Shown here one piece after another: positions 61,301 through 64,000 of a stretch of DNA of 64,000 nucleotides; position 1 is the stretch's first letter; the number at the start of each line of letters is the position of its first letter. The notes beneath the pieces are model-generated. The model was not told the DNA's origin. It did not search any database and saw only the letters and a program-made list of their open reading frames with translations. The DNA is from an uncultured bacterium (GTDB lineage Bacteria; JAGOEH01). The translations under genes were made by a program, and so were the position numbers. The DNA lies in NCBI GenBank assembly GCA_964632485.1, contig CAZWDO010000001.1, forward strand, positions 357,631 through 421,630. Direction: 5' to 3'.

Positions 61301-64000
61301 GAAAAATCGCCCCAACCTCCCAGGTTCCATGCCCGAACACGCCAATAATATCGAGTCCCCCAGGAAAGATTTGAAAATACAAACGCAGTATCCGTCAAAA
61401 CCGAATCACGAATTGAAGAGCTGAAAATAGAATCCATCGCTAACTGCCATTGCCAGGAAATCCCATTTTCCAACGAATGCCAGGAGAAAATCACTTCCGG
61501 AACCATATCGATAGAATGGTCAAGCGGCGCCATCAATCCAGGAGCGGGGGGCGGGCTGATCGTCGTGGTATTCGCTTTGCCCGGAGTACCTCCAAAAAGA
61601 GCGCTGGCCCGCCAATTGCCACCGACATGGTTGAGAGCGTCAGGGGAATAGAGTTCGAGCGATGGCCCTCCGCCATTGGCTTCATCCGGCCAGGGATCGC
61701 GGATTCCATAGGTCAGCGAATCAATCAGCGCGCTATCCCGGTTGATAATAACCAGGGATTCCCCTGTATTAAGCAGGGACCCGCTGCTCCATTCATCCGA
61801 AGCAGAATAGCCATAGTATTGTTGAAATGCGGAGCTATCACCGGCGATCACCCAGAACGAATCGGGCGCTAAAACTGCATTCGCAGGAAAACGATAAACC
61901 ACTCCATTTTCAAACCAATGATCACCCAGTAAAGCAGGACTTTGGCCTGTATTCACTATCTCAATAAATTCGAGAGTATCGCTGCCCGGATTATTGTACA
62001 TAATTTCATTAATTGCCAACGAACAAAGCGGTTGGGGGATATATACAACCGCTTGGACCTGCAACCGAGCGCCATCTGCGTTATCATTGATTACCAGCGT
62101 ATCGAAAATCGCTCCCACCGACGTTGCAGCAAAATAAAGTATTATGTTGCTTGTTCGCCCAGGCTCAATAGAAATCCCACGGGAAGGGACTAATTTTAAG
62201 TCCACATTGTATTTTAAAGATAGTGAATATAATTGATAAACTGCATCCCCTCGATTGCCTATCGTAAAAACGCAAGCTGTTGTACAGTTGACCACAATAC
62301 GGTTCAGATTAATCGATTCCAGGAAATATTCAGGGCGCGGACGTGGTGCAAGATTGCTATTGAGAGCGCCGGGAGTTCCATATTCGTCGATGCTGTTCAT
62401 CCAGTTGCTCCCCTGTAAATTGTCCAGTTCCGGCGAACGCAGTTCCAGTGAGTAGGCCGTTCCCCCGGCTCTGGGCCAGGTATCGTCAACTAAATAGTAC
62501 ACAGAGTCCAGCCGAAGACCATCACTATTGACCAATACCACGGATTCTCCGTTATTGAGTAGAGTACCGCCGAATTCATGCTCCGCGGATTGCCGATAGA
62601 AATTCTGAAACGCGGCCGCATCTCCCGCGATGACTATATACGAATTCGCCTCAATGCGGCTTCCCGGCGGAAAGGTATAGTCAACGCCCCCTGAAACTTG
62701 ATATCCATCCAGATCAATATTTTGATTTTCGCGATTGTACAGCTCGATATATTCAAGAGTATCGCTGCCAGGATTGTCATACATGATTTCATTGATTACC
62801 AATTGATAAAATGGTTGCCGGTCACGAGCGGTTCCCCGGACGATCAATTTCGCGCCTGAGATATTGTCCGCGATATCAAGCGTATCGCTCCAGTCGCCGG
62901 AAACGGTTGGAGAAAAAGTTATATTAAAGTTAAGCGTTGCGCCGCCGGAAAGTGTTAATGAGGAAGGCAGATCGCATTGAAAATAGAAACCGTGACGCCA
63001 TTGACTGCCGCTAATGATATAATCGGTAGAGCCTTCATTGGTCAGAACTCCCGTAAGAGTGATCGTCTCATCGGTATAAACCGTTTGGAAATCGAAAATA
63101 GTAGGCGACCATACAGGTTGCGGCCGGGGAATCGCCACGCTGTTAATAGCGCGGGGAGTACCGCCCGGCGCTAAACTGGCGCTCCAGTTTTCACCCTGGC
63201 TGTTATCGTACATAGGTCGGTTCAATTCCAACGAATACCCCTGTCCATTAGCGGTTGAGGGCCAGGTCGTTCCGGTTTTATATGCTACACTGTCAACTTG
63301 ATTCGAATCAGCATTTATCAGTTCAATCATTTCACCGCTATTTGACAGCGTGCCGCTATTCCACTCGAAATCTGGCGCTTGACCGTAATAACCGGTAAAA
63401 GCGGAGGCATCTCCGGCAATAACCAAATAGGTACCCGCTGCCAATGCCGTACCCGGTGGGAATGTAAAAACCACCCCCTGGCTGAATCCCCACCCGCTCA
63501 AATCGATGGATTCAGCGCCATAATTCGTCAGTTCGATAAATTCAGTCGTATCGGTCCCGCTTTCCAACGGGTTATACATAATTTCATTGATTGCGACCGA
63601 AGGCGGGGCAAAAGCGCTAATTCCGCGTCCCCATAGCGGGATACGATGATCGCCGTCATTATCATGAAAAATCAGCGTATCGGGATAATATTGCTCAAAC
63701 AAGGGAGTAAAATTGATCACAAAAGAGACAGCTTCGCCACTCACGAGATTTTGGGGTAGAACGGCTGAAACACTATAGATACCGGGCTGTGATTGCGTGA
63801 TACTGTTGATGGAGTAATCTCCACTGCCGATATTGGTAATAGTTAATTCGAGCGCGCGCGTCGAATTGATTAACACCCGCCCAAAATTCGGTGGGAGCGG
63901 ACTGAATTGCGGATTGGGTTGTGGAATCAAGGGGGAGTTTATGGCTCCGGGAGAACCACCCCAATCTTTGGAAACGCTCCAACTGGTTCCCATATTTCGA
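58354..64000 (-). CDS. giant secreted protein with tandem lamin-tail domains alternating with Ig-like (ASH-type) domains, FN3-like repeats and a T9SS-type tail (5' end outside the window)
   Basis: Three INEIMY[N/D]..EF/YIEL...SLEL...GTP units. The frame is open to the window edge and the first residues (SWSVSKDWGGSPGAINS) look like the end of a further LTD. Tail VYPNP...YNILGEKV...PQGVYIL. Confidence 0.85.
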   Translation of the reverse strand, partial: RNMGTSWSVSKDWGGSPGAINSPLIPQPNPQFSPLPPNFGRVLINSTRALELTITNIGSGDYSINSITQSQPGIYSVSAVLPQNLVSGEAVSFVINFTPLFEQYYPDTLIFHDNDGDHRIPLWGRGISAFAPPSVAINEIMYNPLESGTDTTEFIELTNYGAESIDLSGWGFSQGVVFTFPPGTALAAGTYLVIAGDASAFTGYYGQAPDFEWNSGTLSNSGEMIELINADSNQVDSVAYKTGTTWPSTANGQGYSLELNRPMYDNSQGENWSASLAPGGTPRAINSVAIPRPQPVWSPTIFDFQTVYTDETITLTGVLTNEGSTDYIISGSQWRHGFYFQCDLPSSLTLSGGATLNFNITFSPTVSGDWSDTLDIADNISGAKLIVRGTARDRQPFYQLVINEIMYDNPGSDTLEYIELYNRENQNIDLDGYQVSGGVDYTFPPGSRIEANSYIVIAGDAAAFQNFYRQSAEHEFGGTLLNNGESVVLVNSDGLRLDSVYYLVDDTWPRAGGTAYSLELRSPELDNLQGSNWMNSIDEYGTPGALNSNLAPRPRPEYFLESINLNRIVVNCTTACVFTIGNRGDAVYQLYSLSLKYNVDLKLVPSRGISIEPGRTSNIILYFAATSVGAIFDTLVINDNADGARLQVQAVVYIPQPLCSLAINEIMYNNPGSDTLEFIEIVNTGQSPALLGDHWFENGVVYRFPANAVLAPDSFWVIAGDSSAFQQYYGYSASDEWSSGSLLNTGESLVIINRDSALIDSLTYGIRDPWPDEANGGGPSLELYSPDALNHVGGNWRASALFGGTPGKANTTTISPPPAPGLMAPLDHSIDMVPEVIFSWHSLENGISWQWQLAMDSIFSSSIRDSVLTDTAFVFSNLSWGTRYYWRVRAWNLGGWGDFSAGYTFTTLPRDTVPPYIASIDPVSFSKSIDPKPLIAIVFGDDRYFPDSNTLDYFVNQQKVEPNWRLTEHFLHTWYRPASPWPYGDTVNFSLTIADTSGNQMSSYEFYYIVRPDTNCPVFTLSPRISLVNFDSLMLSWNTDKPTRYLCHWQGVTYNGNSLATEWQVPVPVLRWGGQDSLQLLCWDIFDNQCRWDTLLEIPIPDTVAPRIIDGPLIHFHSDWAELAWRASEPCRAECNYGERADSLDYICRNDSLSDEHTMRICFSRPGRRVFWTLTLSDSAGNRLNTPPDSFLVPGSFTSDSLYFEVFPYIRSLLDSKIDLSCRLSMESRVRLFYGNCTGEFSDTIESSTYQKDHDFQFSCIQNDTLYYCLETIDPPGLQSPIGVFELPDRIAGDSAIRLVAGPWVEKNDQNLLLYFLTNRSVKTRVYCKSEIGTILERSDLNATTRHVFNFYPLTPYTNYCLEMVTESPYQSRLENQYPTLKRSSVGGSLLTINTRTTSEPNLQPLFPIKYPCLERMPNGTDIIICRTQLLSRLEVELFDESGQLIWVDAGKEWRFDHFIELGNLAESKKWHVDWRIYAISGDLCLTDSIVWSSPPPALPREAVCCSLWNYPGFAFLRVAPPMVSALLELETKYGNRLLSLQVIPTIQSPGFVFGLEPGNFYNLNARLIDPKTTLTWWEGAWEVEGLDEFNSESLIPNSPLRLEWFPDSSLSLSFTTQLPCYSRIHCRCENSSDTLEYYEHIITRFHRYYLSSFSGNSVYNFQLTLSLPGEARISYDTTFSIQPVLIPPAIEAPFFNEEERTDSSIRLHWRGNPAGQFKLLYRLERDTGSGFELLHWPWMDTSYIERFISRDSCRYRVQAVWKGFHSQESEFSDILTVFPTVSYGEPYNRCTPAKPRVYPNPCSDYLIVEFPSEALFRSCKLTFYNILGEKVLRKEFDFVMERRVFVGLCEGGGQSLPQGVYILELICGTGRYHYKVLMLR

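Noticed and set aside
1-64000. CRISPR arrays, tRNA/rRNA genes, transposases, prophage, stop-codon reassignment
   Set aside because: None were recognised. Genes tile densely under the standard code, with TAA, TGA and TAG all used as stops.

Overview
Chromosomal window from a Gram-negative, probably anaerobic bacterium. It likely belongs to a non-Bacteroidota FCB-type lineage, inferred from T9SS-type C-terminal sorting domains together with canonical TTGACA/TATAAT promoters and Shine-Dalgarno sites. Left to right: dnaG-galT-like-rpoN (minus strand; rpoN runs off the window); an 11-12 gene chemosensory operon (two STAS, cheY, cheA, cheW, an unusual Hpt-P2-CheW fusion, cheR, cheD, cheB, pseudo-receiver/RsbW-like kinase, receiver-PP2C phosphatase) with no chemoreceptor; an unannotated 33-aa membrane peptide with a sigma-54-type promoter converging on that operon; a cupin plus a Stn/NfnABC-type electron-bifurcating transhydrogenase; an ABC exporter, HhH-GPD glycosylase and aldo-keto reductase; mnmG-rsmG-parA-parB-M23-bactofilin-UpxY-kdsD-nitroreductase-DUF4330-like; murA (Cys-to-Asp), a TPR protein, gltX, glnS, AIM24, GH18 and dcyD; a receiver-CheC-PAS hybrid kinase triad; a lipoprotein/FadL-like pair; and an S8 protease, manC and two giant modular secreted proteins. 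Two 10-N scaffold gaps split cheA and the large transhydrogenase subunit. I recognised no rRNA, tRNA, CRISPR array or intact mobile element. All calls come from motif recognition by eye; no searches were run.
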